From Chloroflexota bacterium (GTDB lineage: Bacteria; Chloroflexota; Dormibacteria; Dormibacterales; Dormibacteraceae): a stretch of 64,000 nucleotides of DNA. The number at the start of each line of letters is the position of its first letter. Within the stretch, counting starts at the first letter, position 1. Under the pieces are notes generated by a model. That model was given only the letters and a program-made list of their open reading frames with translations, did not search any database and was not told the DNA's origin. Position numbers and translations under genes: made by a program. Shown one piece after another: positions 9,436 through 19,676 of this stretch. Location of the stretch: NCBI GenBank assembly GCA_005880945.1, contig VBIU01000082.1, positions 1,505 to 65,504 of the forward strand. The letters are read 5' to 3'.

Positions 9436-9737
9436 CCCAGCGACTCTGGGACGCGCTCGGTGAAGTCCAGGATCCAGAGATGCCGGTCAACCTGGTCGAC
9501 CTCGGCGTGATCTATGGAATTACGGAGAGTGACGGGTTGGTCGAGGTTGACCTCACTTTCACGGCCATGGGTTGTCCCGCTTCCGATTTCATCCTGGAGG
9601 ATGTTCGCGAGCGCCTCCTGCGTGAAACCGGAGTACGCGAGGTGCGCATCAACGTGGTGTGGGACCCACCGTGGACAGTGGCACGAATGACGGAAGCGGG
9701 CCGCGACGCGCTCGAGGCTTGGGGCCTCGCGGTTTGA
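9432..9737 (+). CDS. PaaD-like DUF59 metal-sulfur cluster assembly protein
   Basis: VQDPEMPVNLVDLG, TFTAMGCP, VWDPPWT; ATGA overlap. Confidence 0.85.
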   Translation: MTQRLWDALGEVQDPEMPVNLVDLGVIYGITESDGLVEVDLTFTAMGCPASDFILEDVRERLLRETGVREVRINVVWDPPWTVARMTEAGRDALEAWGLAV

Positions 9738-9952
9738 CCTACAGGCGCGTCAGCGGTGACGCTGTCGAGTACGAGGTCTTCGCGCGGAAGACCCGAGTCG
9801 AGCCCCTGCGCCAGGTCGGCAGCGTCGTCGCGCCCGACGACGACCTTGCGGTTGCTTACGCCCGCGCGACATACGACGAGGAGCGTTGGGTCGAGATGGC
9901 CATCGTACGCAAGGACGACATGATCGCCCTCTGGCAGCCGGGCGAACCATGA
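9734..9952 (+). CDS. PaaB-like small subunit
   Basis: YEVFAR...VGSVVAPDDDLAVAYARATY; TTGA overlap. Confidence 0.75.
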   Translation: MTYRRVSGDAVEYEVFARKTRVEPLRQVGSVVAPDDDLAVAYARATYDEERWVEMAIVRKDDMIALWQPGEP

Positions 9953-10668
9953 GCATCTCCGACCTCGTGCTGAGCATCGCGGACAACAAGCAGATGCTGG
10001 GGCTTCGTTACGCGGAGTGGGCGACGCGCGCCCCCTCTTTGGAGGCCGACATCGCCGCGGCGGCGATGGGTCTCGACGACCTGGGCCACAGCCGGGTGCT
10101 CTACGGCTGCCTCGAGCCACTCGGCGCGGATCCTCGCGGGCCAGAGCGCGAAACAGACTCCGGCAGTCTGCGGGCCCTCGCCTACTTCGACGAGCCGTGG
10201 ACGGAATGGGCGCAGTTCGTCGCCGCCAACTCGATCCTCGACACCGCCTTCACGCTGATGATCGAGGCGTGTGTGAACGGCTCTGTCGAGGTGCTCCAGC
10301 ACCGGCTCAGGAAGATGCTCATGGAGGAGCGCTACCACTTCCTCCACGGCCGCAGCTGGCTCAAGTCTGGCGTGGACGAAGCACCTCTGAAGGCCGCCTG
10401 GCAGGAGGCGATCGAGTGGTTCGGACCTCCGGACGGCGACACCGCCGAGCATCATCGAGAGGGCCGGCTGAGCATGGGTCCGTCCGAGCTGCGCTCTCAG
10501 CTGGAGGAGAAGCTGGAGACCAAAGCGCCATCGATCCGCATCGAGTGGAAACGCTGGGACCCTTTGCGCCGGCGAAGCCGGCCCGGCGCGATCGATGAGC
10601 GCACGTTTGCGATGCTTCGCGGCCTCGAAGAGAAGAAGTTTGCAGTTGCGCCCGCGAAAGAAAGCTGA
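9949..10668 (+). CDS. PaaC-like ferritin-fold subunit
   Basis: IADNKQMLGLRYAEW, APSLEADIA, DDLGH, EERYH. Confidence 0.8.
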   Translation: MSISDLVLSIADNKQMLGLRYAEWATRAPSLEADIAAAAMGLDDLGHSRVLYGCLEPLGADPRGPERETDSGSLRALAYFDEPWTEWAQFVAANSILDTAFTLMIEACVNGSVEVLQHRLRKMLMEERYHFLHGRSWLKSGVDEAPLKAAWQEAIEWFGPPDGDTAEHHREGRLSMGPSELRSQLEEKLETKAPSIRIEWKRWDPLRRRSRPGAIDERTFAMLRGLEEKKFAVAPAKES

Positions 10669-10825
10669 CCCCGAGCGGTCAGAGCCGCGGTCGGAGCCGC
10701 GCTGCCCGCACTGCTCTGCTCAAGAGGCTCAGGTGATCTCGCTGTTCGGGACGCAGGCGATGACGCTCCAGTACCGCTGCAGGCGCTGCGGCACGCTTTT
10801 CGAAGCGGTCAAGTACGCCGAGTAG
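10640..10825 (+). CDS. PaaD C-terminal-like zinc ribbon protein
   Basis: CPHC...SLFG...YRCRRC...FEAVK; start uncertain. Confidence 0.7.
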   Translation: MQLRPRKKADPERSEPRSEPRCPHCSAQEAQVISLFGTQAMTLQYRCRRCGTLFEAVKYAE

Positions 10826-10831
10826 GCCGAC

Positions 10832-11545
10832 TCACTCCTCATCATCCTCGGCCTCTTTTTCGACCCCGCCGGCTGCGCGTCGACGCCGGACGATGGTCAG
10901 CGGGATGCCCGCGACGACCACGCCGAGGATGAGGACGGCGACCGCGATCGGCAGCAGCTGGCTGGAGCCTGACCTCGACCGGCTGGTCGCGCCCGCGGGG
11001 TAGCCTGCAGCGAAGTACCCAAGCTGGAGCGTGGTCGTCTGGATCGTGAAAGGCTGGCCTTCCGTCCCGCCGATTGACTTCCACGGGCCGTTCGCGCCGA
11101 CCGCCAGGTAGACGAAGCTCGGTGCGGGCACGAGATCTGAGTAGCGCATCACCAGGTTTGCCCGCTTGACCAGTGGCGCGTCGGCCGTGATCAGGTAGGC
11201 GTTGGTGGCGAAGTGAAGGCTGTTCGGTGACGGAAAGTTCGTCTCCGGCGTGATGTCGACAGAGATGCTCGTCTTTCCAGTCACATCGAAGGCGCCCGGC
11301 AGGAATCCGATCACCACCTGGCCGTCCTCAGTGAATGCGGAGTTGGCGTCGCTCACCCCATCGATCACCTTGATGTCGAGGTGACCCGATCGCGGCGGAA
11401 GGTTGCCGGCGCGCGCCTGGGGCGGTGGCGAGGTCCAGTTGTATGGCTGGGGAGGTGTAAATCCATCGTAGAAACCGGGTGCGACCATCCAGGCGGCCGC
11501 CATGTAGATGGTGGCCGCGGCGCCGAGGAGGATGGGTCGCCTCAC
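10832..11545 (-). CDS. exported or membrane-anchored hypothetical protein
   Basis: hydrophobic N-terminus, C-terminal TM followed by RRRR; GTGA overlap with upstream gene. Confidence 0.7.
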   Translation of the reverse strand: MRRPILLGAAATIYMAAAWMVAPGFYDGFTPPQPYNWTSPPPQARAGNLPPRSGHLDIKVIDGVSDANSAFTEDGQVVIGFLPGAFDVTGKTSISVDITPETNFPSPNSLHFATNAYLITADAPLVKRANLVMRYSDLVPAPSFVYLAVGANGPWKSIGGTEGQPFTIQTTTLQLGYFAAGYPAGATSRSRSGSSQLLPIAVAVLILGVVVAGIPLTIVRRRRAAGGVEKEAEDDEE

Positions 11546-12099
11546 AACGCGAGGTCGGCGATGACATGGCCGACGATCGGCCCCACCAGGTCGCGGCATG
11601 CCCACCGCCAGAGGGCGAGCAGCAGGCCTGCAGCCGCCACGGCGCCGAGAAACTCGGGCGGATGCGACAGAGCGTGCGCTGCAGTCCACGCGGCGGTGCT
11701 GCCGACGATGGCAAGCGGCGCCCCGCCCGCTTCATCGAGCACGGCGTACAGCACGCCACGAAATGCCAGCTCCTGGGCGATGGAGATCGTGACAGCGGCC
11801 AGCGCCAGCGATGCCGGAAGGATTGGAGCGGAGCCTGCGCGCACTGCCGCCGGCAGCAGAAGGACGGCGGCGAGTGCAAGTCCGCCAAGGATCCGCAGCG
11901 CGATGCGCGACGTGCCGAGGCCGAGCCGCGTCGCCGGCCATCCGAACGCGGTCAGCACAAGGGCCACGCTCCCCAGAACGACGGCCGGCACTGCCGCTCC
12001 GGGTACGGTTGCGACGAGCGATCGGGTCCACTCGACCAGCAGGATGTAGGCGCAGATGACGGCTGCCCGCGCCACCGGGCGCGACGCAACGACCGACAT
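11542..12099 (-). CDS. CPBP (CAAX protease/Abi) intramembrane metalloprotease family
   Basis: QELAFRG, WTAAH, GHVIAD motifs in a polytopic protein. Confidence 0.75.
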   Translation of the reverse strand: MSVVASRPVARAAVICAYILLVEWTRSLVATVPGAAVPAVVLGSVALVLTAFGWPATRLGLGTSRIALRILGGLALAAVLLLPAAVRAGSAPILPASLALAAVTISIAQELAFRGVLYAVLDEAGGAPLAIVGSTAAWTAAHALSHPPEFLGAVAAAGLLLALWRWACRDLVGPIVGHVIADLAL

Positions 12100-12106
12100 C
12101 AACGGC

Positions 12107-12946
12107 TCAGGCCTGAGATAGGCGCTCCGGCGCCGAGTAGACGTTGAAGCGATCTCCCTTGAGGAAGCCGACCAGAGTCTGGTTGAACTCGCGGGCCAAC
12201 GCGACCGCGAGACTCGAAGGGGCGCCAACCGCGGCCAGGACTGGGATGCCCGCGGTGATCGATTTCTGGACGATCTCGTATCCCGCGCGGCCGCTGACGA
12301 CAAGTACCGACTCACTTGCAGGCAGGGTCTTATCGAGGAGACCACGTCCGACCACCTTGTCGACGGCGTTGTGGCGCCCGATATCTTCGCGCAGCCGGAT
12401 CAGCTCACCTGTGGATGTGAACAGACCCGCGGCATGGAGCCCGCCCGTGCGATCGAAGACGCCCTGGCCGGAACGCAACGTATCGACCAGGCCGGGCAGG
12501 AGCGCCGGGTCGATGGCTGGGCCTGGAGGGAGCAGCGCGAGATCGCGCCTCAGGTCCTCGATCATGACGGTGCCGCAGACCCCGCAAGCCGAGCTGGACA
12601 GCATGGAACGCTCCGGCTTCCGGCGAGACTTGCCGTCCAACACGACGTCGACCTGGTTCGACTCCACCAGTACGGACTCCACAGCGACCCCGTCGTCGTT
12701 CTCTCCCGCTTCGGCGCTGATGCGGATCGACCGGACGTCATCGATCGCGCGCACGATGCCCTCCGCAAACATCAGACCCAGGCAGAGCTCGATGTCGTTG
12801 CCGGGTGTGCGCATGACGACCGACAGCGCCTCGCCGTCAAGCATCAGCTGCAGCGGCTCCTCGGTGACCACCATGTCCGGCGACTCCGTCCACCGGCCCG
12901 AAGCCCAGCGGCGGATTCGCAGGCCGGGAGCGGAGGGCTTGGCCAC
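12107..12946 (-). CDS. fdhD: formate dehydrogenase accessory sulfurtransferase
   Basis: VMRTPG, SSACGVCG, TGGLHAA, REDIGRHNAVDK. Confidence 0.92.
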   Translation of the reverse strand: MAKPSAPGLRIRRWASGRWTESPDMVVTEEPLQLMLDGEALSVVMRTPGNDIELCLGLMFAEGIVRAIDDVRSIRISAEAGENDDGVAVESVLVESNQVDVVLDGKSRRKPERSMLSSSACGVCGTVMIEDLRRDLALLPPGPAIDPALLPGLVDTLRSGQGVFDRTGGLHAAGLFTSTGELIRLREDIGRHNAVDKVVGRGLLDKTLPASESVLVVSGRAGYEIVQKSITAGIPVLAAVGAPSSLAVALAREFNQTLVGFLKGDRFNVYSAPERLSQA

Positions 12947-13830
12947 TATGCCTGGGCCACGCGAAGGTGGCGGGCGGAGCGCGGCACGGCGGTCGCAATG
13001 GCGAATCCTCGCCATGAAGTCACACGCTCGGGCCGCAGCTCCACGACTGTCGGAATGTCGGCCGGATTGATCGCGTACCGCTCGCCGATGCCGGATCCAT
13101 CGGTTGTGGCGCCGAAGGTTCCTCGTACGCACGCGCCGACCATCAACGAAGGCCGGAATCGATGATGCGACTCGACCACGAGCGCCCCCACTGAACCGGA
13201 ACGCACCCGGCCTGCGCTGGGCGCGAGCGTCACCTCGCCACGTTCCACCTCCCACAACGCGGGGCGGATCACCGGCATTCCGCCCTCGAGCCAGCACGCG
13301 TAGCCTCGCGGCACGCCGGCCAGCCGACGGCTGACCTCCGCCGGCACCGCCGGCACACGTGCGGCCTGCGCGGCAGGAAAGGGCGGGACCTCCATGAGCT
13401 CGGCATCGCTCGCACGCAATCGCAGCACCACCCGGTTGTACGGCAGCCATTCGCGAGGGATGTGCGTAAGGTCGAGCAGGTAGCCGGCGAAGTAGGGAGC
13501 GTTCTTGAGCGCATAGCCTGCCATGCCGAGAAAGTAGCCAGGACCGTCGAGCACCGCGCGAACCTGGCTCGACACGGACAGCGGGTCATACGCCTCCAGT
13601 GCGCCACGGAGCAGCAGGGCTTGCGACCCACCGTCCACCAGAAACGCGGCGCGTGGGTCACGCTTGGCACTCAGGATCTTGGCCGCATAGCGCGAGGTCG
13701 TCATCCACAGCGATCCGGAGGCGAAGTGGAAAGCGGCAGGGTTGACCAGCGGCAGCCGCCCCGCGCGTAGAGCCAGCATCCCGATCGGCGTGCGGCCGAG
13801 GACCGCCTGCGCCTCGTTGTTCAATCGCAC
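12946..13830 (-). CDS. pyridoxamine 5'-phosphate oxidase-like (split-barrel flavin/F420-binding) protein
   Basis: LWMTTSRYAAKI...RDPRAAFLVD; C-terminal VELRPERVTSW. Confidence 0.55.
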   Translation of the reverse strand: MRLNNEAQAVLGRTPIGMLALRAGRLPLVNPAAFHFASGSLWMTTSRYAAKILSAKRDPRAAFLVDGGSQALLLRGALEAYDPLSVSSQVRAVLDGPGYFLGMAGYALKNAPYFAGYLLDLTHIPREWLPYNRVVLRLRASDAELMEVPPFPAAQAARVPAVPAEVSRRLAGVPRGYACWLEGGMPVIRPALWEVERGEVTLAPSAGRVRSGSVGALVVESHHRFRPSLMVGACVRGTFGATTDGSGIGERYAINPADIPTVVELRPERVTSWRGFAIATAVPRSARHLRVAQA

Positions 13831-13870
13831 GAACCAACTCTAGGACCCGAAGCCACCGCGGCGAGCGCGC

Positions 13871-14314
13871 TCAGGCTTCCAGGATCAGGCGGATTTGTTC
13901 CATTGCGCTCTGCAGCCTCCGGCGGACGACCCAGTCCAGGCGCCCGGCCACCGCCGCCCCGAGCATCGCCGCCGGGGGTGTGTATGCGATGCGCAGCACG
14001 ATGTGCACGCCTCCCGCCACCTCGGTGAACTTGAAGCCCCCTTCCTGCTTGACCAGGCCCGACTCAGACAACCAACCGATCTCGTGCGGACGGCGCCACC
14101 GGTTCAAGCGCAAGACGCTCTTCAGAGGAAATCCCAGCGCCACCATCTCGACGTCGTAGCGAGCGCCGACGCCCTGCGACTTCGACCCGATCGGCTCCCA
14201 CTTGCTGATCCCCTCGAGCACGGCGGCGACGTGGCGGTGATCGGCGAAGTAATCGAAAGCACGCTCAGGCGAGCACTTGATGGTGACCGCAGCGGTGAAC
14301 TCGAGTCGAGCCAT
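13871..14314 (-). CDS. SRPBCC family protein
   Basis: VTIKCSPERAFDYFADH, GVGARY; typical size. Confidence 0.75.
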   Translation of the reverse strand: MARLEFTAAVTIKCSPERAFDYFADHRHVAAVLEGISKWEPIGSKSQGVGARYDVEMVALGFPLKSVLRLNRWRRPHEIGWLSESGLVKQEGGFKFTEVAGGVHIVLRIAYTPPAAMLGAAVAGRLDWVVRRRLQSAMEQIRLILEA

Positions 14315-14544
14315 TTGCCCAAGATAGTGTCCCCATTCGGGGGTCGGCCGAAAGTCGCCGGATCGGCGCCCGAGATCAAGGCGCCGGCGAGCAACGCAGC
14401 GCGCATGTCGGTCGACCTGTAAGCGAGTAGCGGAGCCGGCAACGCGGATATCGGGCGCCTAGCCGGATGAACCCGAAGGGTGCCACGGGCACCGCGCAGC
14501 GCTGCCCCTGGCATTTCGGTCGAGCCTCCGAAGGGGGACACTAC

Positions 14545-15279
14545 GTGTCAGTGCGCTGGACGGGCGGGACGGTTGCGATCGATGACTCGGTTGCGATGCC
14601 CAACACTGTCAGCGGCCGAACTCTTCGCGATTCCTTCTGGGCGGACGTTGAGAGCCTCACCTTCGGCCTCGCGCGCCGCCGGGGCGATTCGGTGTGCCTC
14701 GGCCCGTTCGAGATGATCCGCCTGGGACCGGCCGCCGTCACGCGGCGCGGCGTCAAGTGGCCGATCGAAGGCGGCCTTCTCGCGCGGGCGCCGGGCGGCC
14801 GTTTGCGCTTCGAGACCCTCTACGGGCGGCTGGTGGCATCCGTCGAGGGTTACCAACCGATGCTCCCGCGCGCCCTCTACGTGCTGACCCAGCTCCCGGT
14901 CCACCACCTATGGACGCGGATGCATCTGCTTCGTGTGCGTGGGAGGCAGCCCGCACCCGGCGTGCCCGTCGACCCTGCGACACGCCTCGCCGCGGCGGTG
15001 ATCGACGCAGGTGTGTGTATCGCGGTGGCGGCGGTGGCGGGACGGCACCGGCGGTTAGGCGTGTTGTTGGGTTTCACCGCCGGGTACCACGTGGCCTGCT
15101 GGAGCGGGTCAGGCCGCACGCTTGGCGGAGCGATCATGAAACAGCGCGTGGTCGCGGTGGATGGCTCGCGCGTGACCGCCGGCCAGGCGGCCTTGCGACT
15201 GGTGGCGCTCCCGCTGGTCGCATTGTCGCGACGCAACTTACATGATGAGATTTCCGGGACCGACGTCGTCGCGGATTAG
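14545..15279 (+). CDS. RDD domain-containing protein
   Basis: RLAAAVID, GRTLG...RVVAVDG, LHDEISGTDVV. Confidence 0.7.
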   Translation: MSVRWTGGTVAIDDSVAMPNTVSGRTLRDSFWADVESLTFGLARRRGDSVCLGPFEMIRLGPAAVTRRGVKWPIEGGLLARAPGGRLRFETLYGRLVASVEGYQPMLPRALYVLTQLPVHHLWTRMHLLRVRGRQPAPGVPVDPATRLAAAVIDAGVCIAVAAVAGRHRRLGVLLGFTAGYHVACWSGSGRTLGGAIMKQRVVAVDGSRVTAGQAALRLVALPLVALSRRNLHDEISGTDVVAD

Positions 15280-15288
15280 GATTTCACA

Positions 15289-16683
15289 GTGGCCCCAGGC
15301 GTCGATCTCGTCATCTTCGGCGCCTCAGGCGACCTTGCTCAGCGCAAGATCCTGCCTTCGCTGAAGCGCTTCGCCAACCGCGACGGGATGCCGCTCAGGG
15401 TGGTGGGCGTCGGGCGCACTGCGCAATCGACGGCCCATTTTCGCGACGTGGTGAGGAAGTCGAGTGGGAGCCAGCGGCTGGCCGCGACCGCGGAGTGGGC
15501 CCGCCTCGACTACAGGACGCAAGCCACCTTCTCGGGTTTGAAGAAGCTGCTTTCGGGGGCCGGAAATGTGATCTTCTACCTGGCCACGCCACCCGAGACG
15601 TTCAGCGACATCATCCGTGCGCTCGGCCAGTCAGGCCTGACGACTCGAGGCGACCCCGCGCGACGGATCGTGGTCGAAAAGCCGCTCGGCCATGACCTGG
15701 AGTCGGCTCGCAAGCTCGACGCGCAGCTGGCGAAGGCGTTCGAGGAGACGCAAATCTTTCGCATCGACCACTACCTGGCCAAGGACACGGTTCAGAACGT
15801 GCTCGCGTTCAGATTCTCGAACTCACTCTTCGAACCGGTGTGGAACCGCAACCTCGTAGAGACGATCCAGATCACAGCAGCCGAGAGGGAGGGCATCGGC
15901 AAACGGGCGGGCTATTACGACCAGACAGGGGCGGTCCGCGACATCATTCAGAACCACGTGCTCCAGCTTCTGGCTCTGGTCACCATGGAGCCGCCGACCA
16001 CGTTCGACGCCGAGTACGTGCGCCGCGCCAAGCGTGCGGCGCTGCGCGCGATGTCGCCGATCAATCCGAGCTATGCAGTCCGCGGCCAGTACATGGGCTA
16101 TCTCGACGAGGACGCCGTTGCCAACGATTCGAGGCGCGAGACCTACGCCGCCGCTCGCCTGTCGATCGAGAACTGGCGATGGGATGGAGTGCCGATCTTT
16201 GTACGCACGGGCAAGGCGCTCCAGCGAAGGGTCACAGAGGTCGTCATCAAGCTGCGCGACGCCCCGCATCTGAGGATTGGGGGTAATCGCCAGCGCGGAA
16301 TTCCCTCGCTGATCGTGATCCGCATCCAACCCGACGAAGGAATCACGATCCGGATCGGCGCAAAGCGGCCTGGGACGCGGTTCGAGATGGTGCCCGCCGG
16401 CATGAAGCTCGACTACAAAGGCTTGACCAGGGCGCCGCTGCCGGACGCTTACGAGAACGTGCTGTCGGAGGTGCTGGCGGGCGGTCACTCCGCATTTCCC
16501 GGGGCCGAGGAGATCGAGCTGCAATGGGAGATCGTCGATCCGCTCATCAAAGCATGGGAGTCTGAAGGACATCCCGAACCCTACGCGCGAGGCTCGTGGG
16601 GCCCGCAAGCCGCCGACGACCTGGTCGCCTCGGGTGGCGGGGGGCGATGGATTGTGAGCGGAGACGAGCCGGGCACGGACTAG
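15289..16683 (+). CDS. zwf: glucose-6-phosphate 1-dehydrogenase
   Basis: FGASGDLA, EKPLG, RIDHYLAK, RDIIQNH, RTGK. Confidence 0.95.
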   Translation: MAPGVDLVIFGASGDLAQRKILPSLKRFANRDGMPLRVVGVGRTAQSTAHFRDVVRKSSGSQRLAATAEWARLDYRTQATFSGLKKLLSGAGNVIFYLATPPETFSDIIRALGQSGLTTRGDPARRIVVEKPLGHDLESARKLDAQLAKAFEETQIFRIDHYLAKDTVQNVLAFRFSNSLFEPVWNRNLVETIQITAAEREGIGKRAGYYDQTGAVRDIIQNHVLQLLALVTMEPPTTFDAEYVRRAKRAALRAMSPINPSYAVRGQYMGYLDEDAVANDSRRETYAAARLSIENWRWDGVPIFVRTGKALQRRVTEVVIKLRDAPHLRIGGNRQRGIPSLIVIRIQPDEGITIRIGAKRPGTRFEMVPAGMKLDYKGLTRAPLPDAYENVLSEVLAGGHSAFPGAEEIELQWEIVDPLIKAWESEGHPEPYARGSWGPQAADDLVASGGGGRWIVSGDEPGTD

Positions 16684-16707
16684 CCCGCGTCCACGTCATA
16701 CCTGCGC

Positions 16708-16742
16708 TGAAAGAAAAAGGGGGCAGCGTTCGCTGCCCCCTT
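16708..16742 (-). terminator. intrinsic terminator between convergent genes
   Basis: AAGGGGGCAGCG-TT-CGCTGCCCCCTT hairpin with T-run on the minus strand. Confidence 0.8.
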
Positions 16743-16756
16743 GGACGCGACTTGTC

Positions 16757-17158
16757 TTAGGCCTTGTGGGCCATGGTGTTGCTGGTGCTCATCCAGAGCT
16801 GGCTCTTGTTGGGGTAGAGCCAAAGGAGCATCGCGGCGACGATGATCGAGATCAAGAACGGAACGATGTCGAACTTGCTGACAGTGATCTGGTTGAAGAC
16901 CTGGTAGATGACCTCGAAGATGGCGTAAAGAATCAAAGCGCGGACCCAGCTCACGTTTCCTTCGGGGTCAAATCCCGCGATCATGACGCCGGCCCCAAAC
17001 GCGATTCCGGCGACGGAAGCCGATACGCCGGCCCACGTGTCGAAGTCGAAAAAGGTGCCACCAATGAAGCCCAGCCCTGAGCCCATAACTATCAATAAGC
17101 CCATGAACCACATCAAGAGCTTCAACGCCAGCGGGTTCCACTTAGCCACTAGTAGCAT
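16757..17158 (-). CDS. hypothetical four-TM membrane protein
   Basis: hydrophobic ORF, GGAGG SD (true start may be GTG at 17149), own terminator. Confidence 0.75.
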   Translation of the reverse strand: MLLVAKWNPLALKLLMWFMGLLIVMGSGLGFIGGTFFDFDTWAGVSASVAGIAFGAGVMIAGFDPEGNVSWVRALILYAIFEVIYQVFNQITVSKFDIVPFLISIIVAAMLLWLYPNKSQLWMSTSNTMAHKA

Positions 17159-17253
17159 TCCTCCATGTCGACCGCGGTTTGATAACGGATTGGTTAATCA
17201 GCGGTCTTTTCATGCCAACTTGTACCTTGTTTGCACGGTTCTTGCAAGGTTAC

Positions 17254-18444
17254 TCACGCAATTGGCGCCCCTCCGCGCCACACTCGACGAGGTTTTAGAC
17301 CGTAAGCCCAAGCGAATGCGCCCTCGTGCTCAGCGTCCCAAAGCACGAGGTCAGCAAGCATTGCCGGAGCTACGGCGCCACGGTCCGAACGCGACAGTGA
17401 GAGAGCGCCGCCGACCGTCGCTGCGATCAACGCTTGCTCCGCCGACATCTTGAAGACGCCAACCGCGAGTGCGACGACAAGGCTCATGCTCGTGATGCCA
17501 CTCGTGCCCGGGTTGTGATCCGTGCCGAGCGCAATCGCTGCGCCGGACGCGACCAGCTCTTTCACGGGCGGCAACTTTCCGATTGAAAGGGCGGTGCCCG
17601 GCGCGAGAGTGGCGACGACGCCGGCGCGTGCGAGGGCGACGGCGTCGCCGCGATTGGCGCACAGAAGATGGTCCGCGGAAACTGCGTGCAGCTCAGCGGC
17701 GAGGCGTGATCCGCCAGTGCGGGCGAGCTCGTCCGCGTGGATTCGCGGAATCAGCTTCGCGTCCAGCGCGGCCTTGAGGATGCGTCGCGATTGGTCGACG
17801 CTGAAATATCCCTGGTCGCAGAAGACGTCGCAGAAGCGAGCGCCCGCCTGGTTTGCCTCGGCGCACCATCCGGCCACATCCTTGGCGTACTTGCCAAACT
17901 TGGCGCCCCGGTCCGGAGGAAGGGCGTGCGCGGCGAGGAAGGTGACCTCGACTCGCGGCAGGTCCGTGCGCTGACCAAGGCGGCTGAGAATGCGCGCTGC
18001 CTCCAGCTCCCCGTAATGCTCGAGGTGATACCCCGTTTTCGCTTCCACCGTCGTCGCTCCGCCGTCGAACCACAGCCGCAGCCGTTGCGCGGTCGCCTCC
18101 TCTAGAGCTTCGATGGGCGTCTCGCGAGTCGCCTTGACAGTTGCACGGATGCCGCCGCCCGACTTGGCGACGTTGGCGTATGAGGCGCCGGCCGTTCGCA
18201 TCGCCACCTCTGCCATGCGGTCGCCCGCATAGACGGGATGGGTGTGCGCATCGATCAGGCCTGCCGTCACCAGCCCTCCGCCGCAATCCTCGTCCTCGCT
18301 CACATAACCCATGAGCTCGATGGGCTCGTCGCCTTCGCGCCCGCACCAGGCGATGCGTTCGTCATCGACGACCACCGAGGCACGTTCGACGACCCCCGCG
18401 GGCGTGCCCGTGAACAGCCGCCCGATGTTGGTCAGCCGCCTCAT
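17254..18444 (-). CDS. hutI: imidazolonepropionase
   Basis: GLIDAHTH, EAKTGY, IHADEL, GTDHNPG. Confidence 0.92.
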   Translation of the reverse strand: MRRLTNIGRLFTGTPAGVVERASVVVDDERIAWCGREGDEPIELMGYVSEDEDCGGGLVTAGLIDAHTHPVYAGDRMAEVAMRTAGASYANVAKSGGGIRATVKATRETPIEALEEATAQRLRLWFDGGATTVEAKTGYHLEHYGELEAARILSRLGQRTDLPRVEVTFLAAHALPPDRGAKFGKYAKDVAGWCAEANQAGARFCDVFCDQGYFSVDQSRRILKAALDAKLIPRIHADELARTGGSRLAAELHAVSADHLLCANRGDAVALARAGVVATLAPGTALSIGKLPPVKELVASGAAIALGTDHNPGTSGITSMSLVVALAVGVFKMSAEQALIAATVGGALSLSRSDRGAVAPAMLADLVLWDAEHEGAFAWAYGLKPRRVWRGGAPIA

Positions 18445-19676
18445 CTCGAGACCACCGTCGTTCCGCCGACGACCACGTTGCTCACGTCGCGCGCCGAACG
18501 ACAAAACATCAAGTAACCGAGGTCGAGATTGGCCTTTGCGGCGACGTTTGGCGGGTCGATCGTGATGAAGTCCGCGAGCATCCCCGCTTTCAGCTCGCCG
18601 GCCTCCCACCCCAATGAGCGCATGCCGCCGATGGTCGCGGCGCGAAACAGATCGTCTGGTTGATGATGCACGCGGCGTCCGGTGGCTCGACGCTGGTCGA
18701 GCTCCAGCCCTCGCGCCTCCTCGAACATGTCGATGACCGCGTTTGAGTCGCTCCCGACGCAAATCGGGCTGCCCGCAGCCGCCAGGCGACCAAGGGGGCC
18801 GACACGATCGCCGAGGTCCCTTTCACTCGTCGTGCAAGCGGCAATCGATACCTCGTGCCCGCCCAACAGCGCGATATCCGCATCGTCGACGTGGATGGCG
18901 TGAACTGCAGTCAGATCATGACCGAGGATTCCCTCGCGTTCGAGGAGCTGGGTTGGCGTGCAGCCCGCAATCGCAACGCACTGATCAACCTCGGCTTGCT
19001 GTTCCGCCAGGTGGATGTGCAGCGGCGCGTTTCGCTTGCGCGCCCACTCCGCCACGATCCGCATCGACGGTGGGTCGACAGCTCGCACACTGTGAATCGC
19101 AGCTCCAACACGCACGCCATCCCGACCCGAGAACCCATCCATTCGCGCCGCCCAGCTGTCGGCATCGCCGTCTGAGAACGACTTCTGAGCGCCTTCGAGC
19201 CGGCGGCCGTCCAGGCCGCCTCGCAGGTAGCACGCGTCAATCAACGTGACGCGGATCCCCTCCTCGATCGCCGCTTGCGTGACGGCTTCACCCAGCTCAT
19301 TGCCCAAACCGTGCAGGTAGTGGAACTCACCCACGGCGGTGATTCCCGCCTGAAGCATCTCGCGAAAAACCGCGCGGCAGTGTCCCAGATAGCTTGCCGA
19401 TGTCCAGCCCTCGGCGGCCCGGTACATCTTCGTCCGCCATTCCCAGAAGTCGCCGCCTCCCGACTCCATCTGTCCGCGCATGGAGTGCTGGAACGCATGG
19501 CTGTGCACGTTGGCGAGCCCAGGTATCGTCCAGCCGCGCAGCTTGGTGGCGCCGCTGGGCGCCGGCACGCCTTCGCTCATGGCCTTGATGCGTCCATCCG
19601 CGACCTCGATCAGCACGTCATCGGCTCGATGTCCGACCCACGCCTGTTCGGCGTGCCAGAGACCGGAGCCGTTCAC
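18441..19676 (-). CDS. hutF: formimidoylglutamate deiminase
   Basis: [31 protein letters not shown]. Confidence 0.9.
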   Translation of the reverse strand: MNGSGLWHAEQAWVGHRADDVLIEVADGRIKAMSEGVPAPSGATKLRGWTIPGLANVHSHAFQHSMRGQMESGGGDFWEWRTKMYRAAEGWTSASYLGHCRAVFREMLQAGITAVGEFHYLHGLGNELGEAVTQAAIEEGIRVTLIDACYLRGGLDGRRLEGAQKSFSDGDADSWAARMDGFSGRDGVRVGAAIHSVRAVDPPSMRIVAEWARKRNAPLHIHLAEQQAEVDQCVAIAGCTPTQLLEREGILGHDLTAVHAIHVDDADIALLGGHEVSIAACTTSERDLGDRVGPLGRLAAAGSPICVGSDSNAVIDMFEEARGLELDQRRATGRRVHHQPDDLFRAATIGGMRSLGWEAGELKAGMLADFITIDPPNVAAKANLDLGYLMFCRSARDVSNVVVGGTTVVSR

